Part shown: positions 61,516-64,000 of the stretch, piece by piece
Numbering within the stretch: the first letter of the stretch is position 1
Layout: each line of letters begins with the position of its first letter
Assembly (NCBI GenBank): GCA_017499595.2
Contig: CM039005.1
Location: forward strand, 2,666,001 to 2,730,000
Direction: 5' to 3'
DNA from: Psilocybe cubensis
Taxonomy: Eukaryota
DNA length: 64,000 nucleotides
Made by a program: the position numbers and the translations under genes
Notes under the pieces: model-generated
Databases searched by the model: none
Told to the model about the DNA's origin: nothing
The model's input: the letters and a program-made list of their open reading frames with translations, nothing else

Positions 61516-63980
61516 TTTGTCTACCATTCTTTCCACGATTACCTTGCTGAACTCCTCTCGAACAAAGAGCTGGAGACAATGATGGATGAGGCCTGTGACA
61601 AATTTGTCAAATCTATCAACGAAATGGACACGGTAGAGAAAATGGCTGCCCACCCTGAATTTACTTCAGATGTTTTCGAGGCAGAGTTTGTGCGGACATT
61701 TGAAGGGCCAGAGGTGGGTAAGCTTTTTCTGGATAGACCTGAAGGTCAAGGACGCTACCTTTTTGCTTTCAATTTCGATTTTTTCACTGCTGAGCGAAAA
61801 ACGATCCGAGGAGCATCCGCATCTTGCGGAATTCTGTCCGCCGCCTGCTTGAACCTTCCTCTTCATCTGCGGTACAAACCAGAAAATATGTATATCGCAG
61901 GTGTAATACCCGGACCATTGGAGCCTCATGAAACAGAACTCAATCACTACCTACGCATCCTTGTTGACGACCTTTTAGTCTCTTGGAAGGATGGTGTCCG
62001 CTTCTCACGCACTGCTAACCATCCTAATGGAAAGACAACTCAATGTGGTCTTGCAATCAGTGTAAACGATCTTGTGGCGGCCAGACAAATTAGCCAGTGT
62101 GCGAGTCACATAAGCAATCACTTTTGTTCACGTTGCAAGGTTTTCGGACGCGCCAGTCTGGGCAGGGTCGACATCCAGGAAAAAGATTGGGCACCCAAAG
62201 AAAATAACACTCTACGAGAGCATGCCGAGAAATGGAAAGCCGCGACCAGCAAAAAGGATAGGGATGATCTTTTCACAAAAAATGGGATGCGTTGGTCTGA
62301 GCTATGGCGCCTGCCGTACTGGGATCAGGCGAATATGCTGGTCGTTGATTCGATGCATTGTCTTTTGGAAGGACTGGCTCAGTTTCATTTTAGGAAAGTA
62401 CTGAAGCTCCAAGATGTCGATGCTCTCTCCAGAGAGGTGGGCGAAGACGCGTTTGAGCTGGAACCATCGATGCCCAATGAAGCATATATCGAAGCCCAGG
62501 AATTAACTGATAATGACCTACAACACATCTCTCAGATCTACAAACTTCTTGTTTCTCCCATCCTTGTGGTCGAGCTAGCGTCTTTGCCCACCATATCATT
62601 GGATCTTAATACACGTCTTCAAAGAAAGAACCTCAAGTCGTTACGCTTTGTTGCTGAAGAACTGTACAACGCAGAAGGACTAACTTTAACGGTTGCAGCC
62701 ACTAATAGAAAGGCCGAGTACTGTGATGCTCTGGTCCAATGGGTATGATCCAGCATTCTTTTTATGTCTCTTCACTGGCGCTCATTTGAAGCTTCAGCGC
62801 ATGGCAAAACCACTTGTCTCAGAGAATGTAAAAGTAAAATTTGGGACTGTGAATGTCATGAAGCATATTCGAGACGTTATTCGAGACACGGAGGTCCCAG
62901 CGTGGCTTCCTTCTGTCCCTCACAACTTTGGTCAAGCTGCAGCGGGATCGTTAAAAGCAGATGAGTGGCGTACCATGAGCACAATCTACCTTCCACTTGC
63001 CCTCATTGCTATGTGGGGCGAAGGATCGCAACAGACAAACACATCAACAGCAGCAGTAACGCGTCAAGTCCTTGATCATACTATGCACCTAGTCTCGGCA
63101 ATTAATATAGCATGCATGAGAACAATGACGAAGAAACGTATGGACGCCTACCTCTTTTTTATAACTTCGTGGCTTGAAAGCCTTATTATTCTCCATCCGG
63201 AGGTCAGACCTAGACCAAATTGTCATATGGCGATTCACATATATGAATTCCTGGTCCTATTTGGTCCTGTGCGATCGTGGTGGTGTTTTCCATTTGAAAC
63301 ATTGATTGGTCAATTGCAAAGGCTTCCGCATAATCACAAATTTGGTATGTACTTTTTTGCTATTTAATTTCATGATATTAACATTCATCGCTTGGTAGGT
63401 CAGCTTGAGGCTACAATGCTGTCCTCTCATACAAAATCAACGAGGTTGAGACGTTGGCTTAACCGGGCTGATTGTCCTCCTGCTCTCAAGGAATGCCAGA
63501 AAGCATTCAATGAATGTTTTTCAGATGCTACGTCGCTGCGTTCCATTGAAAAGCAAGTTCCCACATCTGCATTTATCCCCGTCCCAAGCCAATTAAAACA
63601 TCTGATTTCTGATCATGAAGTTGCATTTCGCGCTCGCCATAACTTTGATGATACGATATACACGCGAGCTGAGACCCACATTGGAAATAGTCTGATCTTG
63701 TACCACCATAATGGCAACTTAACCTCCTCTCCGATCCCGGCGTCGATTCAGTATATTGTGGTGAACAAGAAGAACATGGTTACTTACATCGTCCGACGAC
63801 AATTATCTGCACCAACGACAACCGTTGATCCTTACAGGCATTATCCGTATTTCCCTGCCAAAGTATATTCAAATGAACTGTCGGCTGAATTTACTCTCGT
63901 CCAACCAGAATGGGTAATGTCGCATTATGCTCGGATAAGATTGGACGACGAAAGAGCAGTGGTTCTCACTCTTGCTCGTG
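61516..63980 (+). pseudogene. CACTA/EnSpm Tnp2-like transposase, 3' part (may continue beyond the window)
   Basis: FVYHSFHDYLAELL, FNFDFF, CLNLP..RYKPEN..GVIPGP, NDLVAAR, RWSELWRLPYWD..VDSMH, LKADEWR, HMAIH, FGPVRSWWCFPFE. Confidence 0.88.
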
Positions 63981-64000
63981 TATGGTTATTTTTTGTTTTA

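Overview
This is intron-rich fungal DNA, most likely from an Agaricomycete basidiomycete, and it consists largely of nested, cargo-carrying DNA transposons. (1) A 15.7-kb KDZ (Kyakuja-Dileera-Zisupton)-type element at 45847-61515 has ~304-bp apparently identical TIRs and a 7-bp TSD (TTTGTCT). It carries a CxC2-KDZ transposase, a TET/JBP 2OG-Fe(II) dioxygenase, a Zn2Cys6-like protein, an HMG/homeo-like protein and two unknown genes. It interrupts a CACTA/Tnp2-like transposase whose reading frame is restored exactly when the insertion is removed. (2) A 13.5-kb Plavaka element at 3368-16900 has short imperfect TIRs and sits in an intron of a WD40 gene. It carries three cargo genes and several repeat arrays, including a hairpin repeat with compensatory stem changes. 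(3) The region between them holds WD40, F-box, BTB, RNase H1 N-terminal-like and coiled-coil genes, a 294-bp module present three times, and a small CACTA-type MITE. All domain calls come from recognising motifs by eye, not from database searches, and exon boundaries are approximate.
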